A stretch of 63,988 nucleotides of DNA, filler included, from Ionaspis alba (lineage: Eukaryota): assembly GCA_964255285.1 (NCBI GenBank). It is 5 parts of 5 records of this genome, joined end to end, with 100 filler letters (N's around TTAATTAATTAA, not from the genome) between each part and the next. Parts side by side here need not be neighbours in the genome. Positions count along the whole stretch, not along the records: positions 26,064 to 38,980 come from CAXUUL010000485.1; positions 39,081 to 51,991 come from CAXUUL010000486.1; 3 more parts are not named here. One strand, written 5' to 3'. The position numbers and the translations under genes are program-made. Under the pieces are notes generated by a model, which was not told the origin of the DNA, did no database searches, and worked only from the letters and a program-made list of their open reading frames with translations. This document shows, one piece after another, positions 27,764-39,754 of this stretch; positions within the stretch are counted from its first letter, which is position 1; every line of letters starts with the position of its first letter.

Positions 27764-30700
27764 TCAGGAGAAGTAAGCTCTCACTGTCTGCTGCGCCTCA
27801 GGGTTCAACGTCGCAAGAAGTCCATTAGCATCGATGCCGGCCATAGGTACCAATTGCTTCGCGGCAGCGGCGACTCTTTGCGCGGTCTGACCCTGGATGG
27901 TCTCCGCCTCGAGCGCGAGGGCTATGGATAAGAAAACTTTGTCTGCCGCGGCGAGAACAGCGGAGTTTTGTCTGTTGACAGAATCAGCATCAGATTTCTG
28001 GGTGATGGAAGAAGCACCGCAAGTCTTACTGATCGATAAGCTGCGCCAGAAACATATAGGCATAAGGAGCAGCTTCCTCGTCATTGACAAGCGGCAATGT
28101 ATTGAGCCAATGTACCAGTACTTCAGAAACATTTGGTACCTTTGCCGAATTGCTCTGCAGGATTTTAGCAATGCTGGCACAGGCATTTTCAGTAGCAAAG
28201 ACATGGTCATCTTCTCGTGCGTTTGGTATTTGGCAGACAGCAAAGAGGATCGGAAGACAATCGGCCACGAAACTCGACCACGCCTGGCCACCTTTTTGCG
28301 CTGCAATGCCAACACCATAACACGCTGCTTGGCGATTTGCGGCAATCTCATCGCGCATACCGTCGATAAGTGGTTGCCGGATATGGTTCTGGTAACTCCA
28401 ACTTTGCTCGCCACAGAATTCGACGACGTCGTCGAAGATGCAGAGGGCCCATTGTCGTTGGGTGGAGTCTGGATTTGTGACGAAGGCGTCGTAGAAGGGG
28501 AGAAGTCGTGACCAGGCAGGGAGGAAAGAGCTTCCTTGGTTTTTGAAGATGGTATGAAATGCTTTGTTCATGTCCGAGAGCAGTGTTTGGTCATCTTCTA
28601 TGGCGAATAAGGTCTCTTCTGACTCTTCTTCGCCGTCTTCTGTTTCTTGCCGCTCTTCTAATCTTTTCTTCACTCTTTGCTGGTAATCTTCTAGGGTACC
28701 CTTGGCAGCCTCAATGAATGTGGCCATGTGGGTTGGTGTCAAGCACTCCTTACCCAGGACTTCGACGGATTCGTAGAAACACTGGTACATCTCCGCCAAA
28801 GTGTCAATTGCTAGTTCAGGCGTCAAGACCTCGAGCAGCTTGTCCAAGGTCAGCTCCCATAACTTTGCCATCTCGGGTGATCGTTCGCCATGAGCTTTCT
28901 TGTACGAATTTAGTAGCATTGGAACGCTTTTGGCGGACGCCACTCGGACTGGATCGTGGAAGAAAAATGCCAAGCCTGGTAATGCAACGTTCGACATTAT
29001 TTCGAGAACGTAGGGCTCGAATGCTGCTTCCAGTTGTTGTGCGTATATCACAATCAATTCGATCGCCATATGCTTATCCTCGAGTATCGATGTCTTGATA
29101 CCAATGACCTTTCCTTTCAGTGGCACCAACTCCCAGCCTTCTTCTTGCTCAAAGTTGGCGATCTGCTCGTCGTCATCCAATAGCTGTATGTCGGCCTTTG
29201 CACTAGCAAGCTCCATCAGGGGTGGCATCACACTCGGCAGATAAGGTATGAAGTCTTGCCCGAGCACACGGCACATCCGGCCCCAACAATGAAGAAGGTA
29301 TTGAGATTGTGGATCGTCAGCATCGACGATGTTTTCTGTGATATATTAGGCCAATGGGTACACTAAGACCATATGTAAGTTACCTTGTATGCGACCCAAA
29401 AGCTGTACCAGATTCAAAGCATCTTGACCCATCCGTTCTTTGCCGACCGCCAATGCTAGATGAGATCAGCATACTCTCCATAATAAATTCACGAATCGTT
29501 TCTCACCAATCAAAGTAGCACACTCCATAGCTTTTGCTCGAAGTAACCTGTATTCCTTGTCCTGCTCCCCCTGAAGTACATTAAATAACATAGGCATAAG
29601 GGTATCATAGTATGTTCCAAAAGCAGTCTCTGCAGAATCAGCGATCGTGGCAATGGTAGAAAGCGCCTGTTCTTGCACGAAGCGTTTGGGATTCGACAAA
29701 AGAGCTAGGAGACGGCGTAGTAAGTCTTCTAGGTAGGGCTCCAGAACATTCTTTTCCGCTTCTTCACAGAAGTTGACTAGCGCCGCTGCAGCGTGCGCCT
29801 GGACCCGAGGCTCTTGAGAGTCGAGGACCGGGATGATATTCGTAAGAACGACATTGTGGTACTTCTCCTGCATCGTTCCCGCAAAGTCGGTGCTCATCTG
29901 GCCCAAGGCATTGCAGCCGGCCCACCGTACTCGGGGATGCGGATCCCTGAGGGCTGGAACCACCAAGGCTAAAACTTTGTCCAATTCCCCGATCATGAGG
30001 TCTCTGCAGCCTTCTGATATCGCGGATATGGCCATCAATGCTGCGTGTCGATCTCGCCACGCAGAGGACTGCATCATCCGAGGGAGCCAGTTGAAAGTTG
30101 GAGGCAAGACTGCCTGACCACCAAGCTTGTTTGCCAGTCGATCCATGCACTGCTCACCTGCAACGTGGTTGAGATCACTTTCTTCGATGTCGGGCTGTAC
30201 ATATGATTAGACTCATACTTCGTGCCGCCGCTGGACTCTCTTACATCGTCAGAAGCGTTCCACTCGGATGCATCGTCATCCTCCATGCCAATGTCTGTCA
30301 TTAGACTTAAACATTGAGTAACCATATCCGAAGTGTATGAAGGATCTTTTCTGCACATGGCCGCGTTGTAGTCTGCAAAAGTAGCCATGAGCTCCAACGC
30401 ATTCTGGCGAGCTTGATCTTCGAGATCCTTGTCCTGTATGACAGTTATGCTAAATTGAACAAGACTGTGGAACAACGTTTTGAACATAGTAGGAGCAATT
30501 TCTGCGAGTTCTATAAGGGCAACGAGAGCTTTCGACAAGTTATCGGAATCACTGGCCTCTTTCAAGGGCGGAAGTATGTTCAGAATCTCAGCGACGGCGC
30601 CATAGTATTTCTTTTGCGATTTCTTTTCGATGGACCGGAAGAAGGACGCAAAGGCTTCCATAGCTGCTATTCGTACCTTGTAGAAAGAGGATTAGCTTCA

Positions 30701-31451
30701 GCCTCTATCTTTGCATGTTTTATACCTACGGAAACGTCGTCGTCCTTAAACCCCTTTGCAAAGGCCGATTGTACGGTGTCTTCGTGCTGTTTCTCGATGA
30801 TTCCAGGAGTGGTAGCGAATATCCGAAAAGCTCCCTCACGTTGGCCTGCATCTGTAGATTGGCTTGCTTGGAATAGACATCCAAGCAGATCAGGCCATTG
30901 CTCCCCTGTAACCCTCGCGTCAGCCATAGACCCTCATGACGATGTTGCTGCTGCGTGTGTTCACCATCGTCCGCATATTGTCTTGCAATCTCCGCTACTG
31001 CATCGCCGACCTTGTTCCTAACAGCCGGTAGAGTCTCCGAAGTCAAGCATTGCAGGAGTTTCGACCGTATAGCATTCTTCTGTGGTTGGTGGAGCGTCAA
31101 GAACAGCTCTCGCGGTTCACTGCTATTGGGCAGCTTCCTCGTCTTCGTAGATATGCGCCGGAACAGTACCGCAGCAAAAGATCGGCTCTAAAAACACCAC
31201 CCAGCATGGGCCACTGTCAGTGCCGCGTTCCCAGGCGCATATCTCGAGACGTAATTTCTCCGACGTACCGCTGGATCGGGGGAGTCCTGCATCTGCTCCA
31301 CCAAGCCCATCAACAGAACATCGGGTCTTTGGGCAACCCAATCGGCATTCAGTAACTCTTCCGCATTGGACCGAAGATTGTTATCCGACGAGGTGAGAGC
31401 TGACAGAAGTCGAGTGAGGGCCGTGTGAACTTCGTGCGGAAGGACTGACAT
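27764..31451 (-). CDS. PSE1: Importin beta-3 / karyopherin Kap121 (importin-5)
   Basis: HEAT-repeat protein: [12 protein letters not shown].., [84 protein letters not shown]. Multiple introns. Confidence 0.96.
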
Positions 31452-31973
31452 TTCGGGCTATAGATATGGTGGAACAATGAGGAGCTTCACGCGGCACACA
31501 ACCCCAACATTCGCGCGCAGCTCGACTATTGCTGCATCCGGTTGTGCGCAGCGTCCCCTGAGTAGGAGGTCAAATACCCAGGATAGGGTGATTCGGGAGA
31601 CTGTGGTGATGATAGAAGTGATACTCCGACACGAAAACCATGAACTCCACAGTGGGGATCGAGGGGAAATCAATTTTGGCGGGGAGGATTGGTGTTGCAA
31701 GGGTTGCAACAACTTTTTAGTAGCGCAGCATTTCTCGCTTGTGCTGCCAACCTTATTCTTTTCGTGTGACCGACGTGTTCGCCGCGATATCTCTCAGGGT
31801 CCAGGCAAACTACCAATGCACTGTTCCGCGCTCACGTATTTGCGCCCTTGGACATGTGGGTAAAACCTAGTCTATGTAGAAGGGAGTGGGACTGCTAAGC
31901 TAACGTCGCGAATGTTATTACAAGCCGTAAAGTATACAACGAATTCGGATACCCAGGGATATAACTGACCACC

Positions 31974-34145
31974 TCAACGACTGCTCGATCGATTGATGGC
32001 AAATACGCCAATAATGACTACAGCTAGAGTGACAATAGCCCCTGGTAGCAAGAGATCGTTTGGAACTCCAGGCACTACCTGCTGCTCTTGCTTGGCTTGT
32101 GAGACAGCTGGCTTCCGCTCTTTCTTGACTGGCGTATCCATCGATTCTTCATCGTCCGCATGCTCGAGTATCTGTCGCCTCCGCTCCTTGACCACAGAGG
32201 CCGGAGGTGTCAAGGGCCTGGGTAAGTTCGGATGGGGATCAAGTGTCGCTGTCATTGGTGGCTTCTCGGGATTATGCACAAACAGATCCACCTTCTCGCG
32301 GTGGCTCTTGTGCGCCAACGTGATTGCATCTAGCAAGTCTTGATCTGTGGTGATTGAGACGGTATCACCTTCGTTGTCCAGGTAACTCAGGGCATATCCG
32401 GATTTACCAATCTTGCCGTCTTCGAAGCTGGCTTCTCCTCCAACGGCGTCGACTTCATGACCCAATTTTGCAGTAACGTTTGCAATTAGTTCTGCCATGC
32501 CAGCCGACGCGACGACCTGCAATCTATGTACCCTACCGCTTGGTGCCTTGAATTTGAAGGGGAATGGCGCGTCCTCAGGAACCATCGGTGATGGGGGGTT
32601 GAATTCAGAGTGTGAATCGTCTCCGTTGTGTGAAGCTGATTCGTTTGGTTGAACGCTGTCGACTCGGTCGACAGCTGGTCTTGTTTGCATATCTGGTGAC
32701 ATGAGAGATCTGCCTGGAGTATGAGGACGGTGGCTGCCTTCTCCTGATGCCATAGATTCGGTCTCTTGGTCCAGTGAAAGCCAGAATTTGTTCCACGCAG
32801 GACCCTCACTATCCCCGGTTGACATTGTGTTAATCTTTGATTACAGTCAGCCACAAAAATAACAACACCGTTCTGAACAGACCTGTTCCAAGGTAGCATA
32901 AGTCAACTTTAGGACATCAACCATGCCTACGATTTCTCCTGGTTCGTTCATGACAGGAAGATTTAGGTAGTGTCCATCTGCGATGAGTAAGCCAGAGAAG
33001 GTCGCTTGAAGATCAGTGACTTACCATGCATCTTCCTCAGAGCGGCCTGTATGCTCATATCCATAGGTGCAAAATCCGGGTGTGGAGTCATAACTCTGAC
33101 AACGCTGCAATTAGCTGGATCTAGACCGGGAGCGATGACTCGCAAGACCACATCCTTGCTTGTGAAAATGCCAGTGATAGAGCCCTGGTCTTGCACGAGA
33201 ACAGCGGTCGTATGATTTTCCTTCATGAGCATTGCCGCCTCTTTTACCGAAGTACGCACGGAAACAGTAGTAGGGGATAAGCCAGTCAACACAGACTCCA
33301 AAGTGGGTCCGGACATCTTTTGTCTCAATGCCTCCACGTATTGAATGATCTGCTGCGGCTGACTTGCTCCAAGTTCTGATTGTACGCCTTCCAGAGCATC
33401 GTACAGCTTGCGTGAGGAACTATATGCCCTCTCCAGCTTCTCCATTGCATCGTAGAAGCATTTTGTGATATCGAGGATTCCAGAAATGTCTTGATTTTCG
33501 TCCATGACGGGAAGATGCCTGAACCCTTTTCGAACCATGAGGTCCAATGCATCTGTAGCACTTGTGTCGGTCCTTGCACAAAGAGGATTCTTGGTCATTA
33601 TCTCGGATATGGTCACTTCTCTGGCCTTGATACCAGCTCCCACAACTCGGAAGGCTAAATCCTTTGCCGTGAAGATGCCAGCTATTCGGTCATCGTCGTC
33701 GGTTACAAGAACACAGTCCTCCCTCTTAGCAGCCATCAGTTGAGCAGCTTCAGCAACGGTAGTATTTGGTTTGATTTGGAGCGCTTGGCTAGGTTTGAGA
33801 GCGAGGACTGTGCCAGGAGGCGCTTTCCTAGTATGTCGAGCCCGAGACGAGTTGGGCTTCTTCTTGTTGAGATCCGCCTCCATTTTCTTTCGAATGGCCT
33901 GTCTTGGAATCAGTACAAATTCTCCTTTGATTAGACACCAGGCAGCATACCTCATCTCGCTTTGATTGCTTTTGTCGACTGGCACTCATCGTTGATGCAC
34001 CGGCTTCGCTCTGCAACGCTGAACTTTGATGGGAATCCAGCTTCGGCCGAGGAATGTTAGAAGGGCTGTTCTCAAACACGGGTACTTGCCCCCTCCCCTG
34101 ACCACGACTGGGCGTGCCTCTGAAGGTTCCACCGGCAGCCGACAT
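31974..34145 (-). CDS. CBS-pair plus PB1 domain protein with C-terminal TM anchor (Mug70-like)
   Basis: SASRQKQSKRDE|AIRKKME, CBS repeats (IAGIFTAKDLAFRVV, GFRHLPV, GIFTSKDVVLRV), PB1 domain (FPFKFKAPSGRVHR..LSYLDNEGDTVSITTDQDL) and a hydrophobic tail LLLPGAIVTLAVVIIGVF. Confidence 0.92.
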
Positions 34146-34475
34146 GTTCTTAAGACCTTCGAGAATACGTTGAATAGGTTTACTGGTCCGCGCTTCCGAT
34201 CGAATCGTGATTTGTTGGCCGTGGGAGTGATGGTGATCACGACTCGTTAGTTCCTTCCATGTCAACAGTGCTAAGGACTAAACTAGTCTAGCGGAAATCC
34301 TTTTCCGTAAGGCTGATAGTAAGCGAAGCCCTCCCACATTAACCCCGAAATTATTGAACGAGAAGCTCCAATTGCAACAATAAATCTCTTCTGACGAACC
34401 ACACCGCTTGTTAGTACTCCTGGGATTCGCTGTACTTTTCGAATAATCTAGCTGATCTCCTTCAGAATTGTAAAA

Positions 34476-35131
34476 ATGGTCAAGAAGCGAGCGTCGAAGT
34501 ATGTCGTCCATGGAACAACTTCGATTGAAGCCAGGCCAGAGAGCTAATACTCTTCGTCAGCGGACGCAACAAGAAAGGTCGCGGTCATGTGAAGCCCATC
34601 AGATGTTCGAACTGCTCGAGGTGTACACCGAAGGACAAGGCAATAAAGAGGTTTACCATTCGCAACATGGTCGAATCAGCGGCAATTCGTGAGTCGGCAA
34701 TCTACAATGATTTAAATCTGGGAAGAGTCGCGTCGTTAGGATCCGGGGGACAAGTCGAAATGATCTCCTGAGACGGCGATGCCGTTCTTGTGTAGAGCAT
34801 ACTGATTCTTGTGCTATTCAATAGGTGATATCTCTGATGCCTCCGTCTTCCCTGAATACGCCGTCCCCAAAATGTACCTCAAACTCCAATACTGTGTCTC
34901 TTGTGCAATCCACGGCAAGATCGTACGGTACGCTACAACCTATATGTGCAGCTTAGAGTGCCGAAGGTCGAACTGCTTGGTCAAGGGCAATTTAGGCTGA
35001 TGAGTATATGTTCTAGTGTCCGCTCTAGAGAAGGCCGCCGCAACCGTGCTCCTCCACCGCGAGTTCGGTTCAACAAGGACGGAAAGAAGATAAATCCTCA
35101 ACAGGCCGCTGCGAAGACCACTCAGGCATAG
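34476..35131 (+). CDS. RPS26: 40S ribosomal protein S26 (eS26)
   Basis: Exons 34476-34498, 34561-34688, 34825-34927 and 35017-35131: [78 protein letters not shown]. Confidence 0.99.
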
Positions 35132-36304
35132 ACGGAAATGGGAGTGGAAAATGGGGTCAGGGGAGATGGGTAAGAGCTCTCCGGGTCTTAGGATGGAAGA
35201 TCATGAATAACACTGCTTGTCGTCAATGGTGCTTGGGAAGCTGTCGGTTGTATGCAGCTCTTGAAATTGAGATCAATCTCAGTTTTCAGGTGGATTGCAA
35301 GGTATCCTGAATCCAACGTGCATAATAGCACATGTGATGTGGATCGCATCATACTTTGCTCCTTCTTCTTCTTCATCCTCCTCTGCGAACGCCTTCTCCT
35401 TCCCCTCTTAACGATTGCACCACAGCGATTTCCTTTGATTCGTCTTTGTCCAACGAGACCCAGTCTCTACGCCACAATTCTCCGGTACTGCCGGAAATAT
35501 ATCAGTCATTAGCATGACATATCGTCGTATTCGTGCCTATAGACGTTGATGAGCACGTTATGCATGCGGTTGACTAATTCGCCAAGGCTGTCATCCAATA
35601 CTGCCGTGATCTGACTGAATTATATTTCGTAGCATTGGCTCTCGAGCCTTTTCTTATGCAGAGACATCTGAGGCCTACCGGTCTACAATCTGCATGATCC
35701 AAGGACATCTTTCCGAAAACAAAGTCAATTCCAAATCTGGTCCAGCTTCGGGCCTAGTCGCTCCAATCCCAGAACACGCGAGATACATAGACCGAGGTAT
35801 CTTGCGTAGACCATACATCCGCGACCTTAAAGCAGGAACTCCGCCGACTGACCTGTGGGGTAAACCGTTGGCATCGCTACGTAATCGAGTCCATTTTAGC
35901 GGATCCCTGGGTGGGAGGTTCATAGACCTGAGCTCCAAAGTACCACTTTAGGCAGCTCGATCGCCCATCAAAGCCTGCACACACGGCATAGCTCCCTGAA
36001 AGTATGGGCGACTAATAGGTGCTCCAATGGACTCCTGCAGGATTCTTCAGCTGCCCATGCAACGCAGCAGGGGAAAGCTCTACATACGTCAGAAGTCCAC
36101 CACAATTCCGCACGAACAATTGCTCAATGTTGCAAGGCTGCAGATCGTGTCCAGCCACCCAGACTTGACTGCGCGCCCGGACGAGGAAAAGCGGAGGAGA
36201 AAGATTGGGCTTAGAAGGGCACGCTCTGTTGTTGGTTACTTAGAAGTCTGCTTTCCCACTCGTACCAGTGTAGACAGAGCTTTATCCCGCCATTGTCGTC
36301 CAAA

Positions 36305-38166
36305 ATGTCGCGCATTCTCATTGCGATAGTAGCATGGCTTTCTTTCACCTCAACTATCTCTGGTACTCCCACCAAGAGCTCTTCGTTACCAATTGTTGAC
36401 TTGGGATATGTAAGTGGATGCTCGCTTGCTGTTAGGGATCAGTCGCTGACCAAAGAATCTCAATTCTCCAGGAACGCCATCAAGCTATCAGTTTCAATGT
36501 GAGTGTTTTACGCGATTCGCAACGTAGTGGCCGAGACTGATCTTTCGACATAGGAGACTGGCGGTTTCTACAATTTCTCCAACATTAGATACGCCCAGCC
36601 TCCAATTGGTGATCTGAGGTTCAGGGCTCCACTACCGGTCACAGGTAAAAGCTCGAAAGTTGAAGACGGATCAGTTGGCAGAATTTGTCCACAAGCCTTG
36701 CCGGCATGGACAATCATCTCTTCGGAATTCATTCCAGCTTATTTGAACGGTCAAAGCTTCGACCTTGCCGCCACGGAGGCTAACCTCACAAAGTCCCCGC
36801 CGAAAGCACCTCCTGCCGATCCCAGAACCACCGAGGACTGCTTGTTCCTGGACGTCTTTACCCCGAAAAGAGTATTCGAGAAGGCTAAAACTCGTGGTTA
36901 TAAGGGTAAGGGAGGCGCCCCGGTTCTCGTTTGGATATATGGGGGAGGGTACACCTTTGGTGAGAAAACAGGTCCCGTACTCTACAATCCTGCTGGATTG
37001 ATCAAAGCGAGCCAAATCGATGGATCCGATGGTATCATTTTTGTCGCCATGAATTACAGGGTATATTCTTCCTCCGTATCTGCGACAGCCTCGCACGACT
37101 GACCATGATATAGCTCGGGGCATTTGGATGGCTTGCTGGACCCGATCTCCAAGCAGATGGTACAGCGAATGCTGGTCTCTACGATCAACGTTTAGCTCTC
37201 GAATGGGTCCAGAACAACATCCACCTTTTTGGCGGGGACAAAGATCGTGTCACAGTTATGGGCGAGTCGGCAGGCGGAGGTTCCATCATGCATCAAATAA
37301 CAGCATTCGGCGGGCTGAAAGGAAGAGCCCCTTTTGCTCAAGCGATCCCGCAATCACCGGGTTGGCAAAACATTCCCGGCACTTTGCTACAATCAGATAT
37401 CTTCAATGCATACCTGGGCCTGCTGAAAGTCAAGACTATCGCAGAAGCGCGGCAACTTCCCACCGAGGCGTTGATCAGAGCCAACGCTGCTCAAATCGGC
37501 GCGTCAGCCTACGGTCAGTTCACTTATGGACCTGTCGTCGATGGCCTCTTTACCCCAGCACTTCCGGGTCGTTTGTTACTTCAAGGCAGCTTCGACAAAC
37601 ACGTCAAAGTTATGGTGGGCCATAATTCGGACGAAGGGCTTGACTTTGAAAGCCCAGCTGTCAACTCGACTGCCGCCTTTGACGCTTACGTCCAGTTCGC
37701 GTTCCCCGATATTGCACCAAAGGTCCTTCGGTACCTTTCTGATGTCCTCTATCCTCCTGTCTTCGACGGCTCGCAACCCTATCGCACCAACTTCCAACGG
37801 GCGACCTTCGTTCTTTCGGAATCAACCTTTACTTGCAACACCTTCTATCTCGATAGCGCTTACAAGAACCAGACGTATGCTTACTTGTTCTCTGTTTTGT
37901 TCGGTCTGCACGGCACTGATGTGCCTTACACCTTCTTCAACGGACCTTCCCCTGCTGTTGTGAACGACAAGATTGCTGTTGCTCTCCAGGAATATATCAC
38001 AAGCTTCGCCGTAAAGGGGCAGCCAAATGGTCCTGGCATTCCGAAATTTCCGCTCTATGGTCCGAATGCTGACATCATTAATCTGAACACGACGACGATC
38101 ACGCAGATTATGGATGACACGTTCAACGAGCGGTGTAAGTGGTGGCAAAAGGCTCTGTACTACTAG
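36305..38166 (+). CDS. Secreted type-B carboxylesterase/lipase
   Basis: Signal peptide, PIVDLGY, FSNIRYAQPPIGDLRF, EDCLFLDV, VWIYGGG, NAGLYDQRLALEWV, nucleophile GESAGG, NSDEG (Glu) and GLHGTD (His). Three introns. Confidence 0.95.
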
Positions 38167-38509
38167 GGGAGGGCATTGGGGTCGAGCTGTGCCGTTCAAG
38201 TGGATGCTGAAAAGCGAGGTCTGGAACAGCTTCTTTATTGCCATGCAAACAATCGGGTAGTAGCCGTGCTGCAATGCAGAGGCCACTGGAGAATTGGATC
38301 TTAGTCAGATGATGCTGTAATCAACATACCTAGTAACCATACTCGAAAATCCCGTCTTTCAAGAGCGCCGCGGAATCGCTGGACCCTGCAGCACATAAAC
38401 CATCCCTATTTATCGTTGCTGTATCAGAGACGAGATTTTGTCTCCCTCCGTCCATAGGATCACTCCAGCTACTGTGGTACCTAATATCTAATCTCCTTGA
38501 ACCGCGGCG

Positions 38510-38980
38510 ATGGGTCTAGCTCCGCCATTCACCTTCGAAACTGCCACCAAAAAGGTCAAAACCGCTCAGGACCTCTGGAACACAAAGTATCTCACGCCTT
38601 CGTTGCCCAAAACGTCTAACTGACCCTAATCCCCTTCTTCAGAGACCCAGTCGCAGTCTCCAAAGCCTACACACCCAATTCCCGATGGCGCAATCGCGCG
38701 ACCTTCATTGTCGGCACATCCGCCATCCAAGCCTTCCTGACCGACAAATGGGCGCACGAGCAAGGCTACCGACTACGGAAAGAGCTCTTTGCTTTCTCGG
38801 ATAATAAGATTGCGGTGGATTTTTGGTACGAGTACCACGACGAGGAGGGGAGATGGTGGCGGGCTTATGGGATTGAGCATTGGACGTTTGATAAGGAGGG
38901 TTTGATGGAGAGGAGGAATATGAGCGGCAATGATGTGATGGTGGAGGAGGGGGGTAGGTGGTTTGGGGAGGGGGTGGATG
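38510..38980 (+). CDS. DUF1348 / SnoaL-like (NTF2-fold) protein; the 3' end runs into a gap
   Basis: MGLAPPFTFETATKKVKTAQDLWNTK|DP..AYTPNSRWRNR..FLTDKWAHEQGYRLRKELFAFSDNKIAVDFWYEY..WWRAYGIEHWTF..GLMERRNMSGND. Confidence 0.9.
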
Positions 38981-39080
38981 NNNNNNNNNNNNNNNNNNNN
39001 NNNNNNNNNNNNNNNNNNNNNNNNTTAATTAATTAANNNNNNNNNNNNNNNNNNNNNNNNNNNNNNNNNNNNNNNNNNNN
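38981..39080. other. Artificial scaffold linker (44N-TTAATTAATTAA-44N)
   Basis: Same cassette as at 12935. Confidence 0.95.
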
Positions 39081-39754
39081 GATGGGTTGCTGTGCCGGGG
39101 GCTGGTTTGTTTTGAGATGGGGTGGGGATAAGGGTATGGGAAATGAGATATCGAGGGGCGGAGGAGAAAGGATGGGTATATGGCTGTTTGTTTCTGAGGG
39201 GGTCGAGCGAAGGCGTTCTGGATGTGTTGCTGTGGAGATGGTTTGAGGATCTTTTGATACCCACTTCTGTACGTGCTTGCTTTTGGTGTGCTTGGTCTGT
39301 GCTCTGCTGCATGCACTCTGTTCTGCAGAAAATATGTGTTTATCTCGGGCGGGATGATATGGTGGACGACATGATTCAATAAACCTAGAGATACAGGATC
39401 CCAAGACTTGCTTGAGAGAGGGAGTGCAACGGAAGATAGTCTTAGTTATGCCTGGAGATTAGCGAGTCGAGAAAATGAAGGAGGAAAAGTGGAATGAAAT
39501 GATCATCCGTCCATCTGCTTGCAATCCACGACGAGGCTAATCGGTGTGCTTTGGCGGTTTCTGCAGAGTTGTGCTTCTCTTCTCGTAAGCCGTTCTTCGA
39601 AGTCACATTATTGGGCATGAAAATTTCATTTCGGTCTATTGACGCTCAATGCTTCGACTCGAGGTGCCGCTCAGCCGTTTATTACAATTACAAATTTCCA
39701 TCTATCCCATGTATCCAGCGCCCGAGCAAATCTATCACACAAATATCATACACA

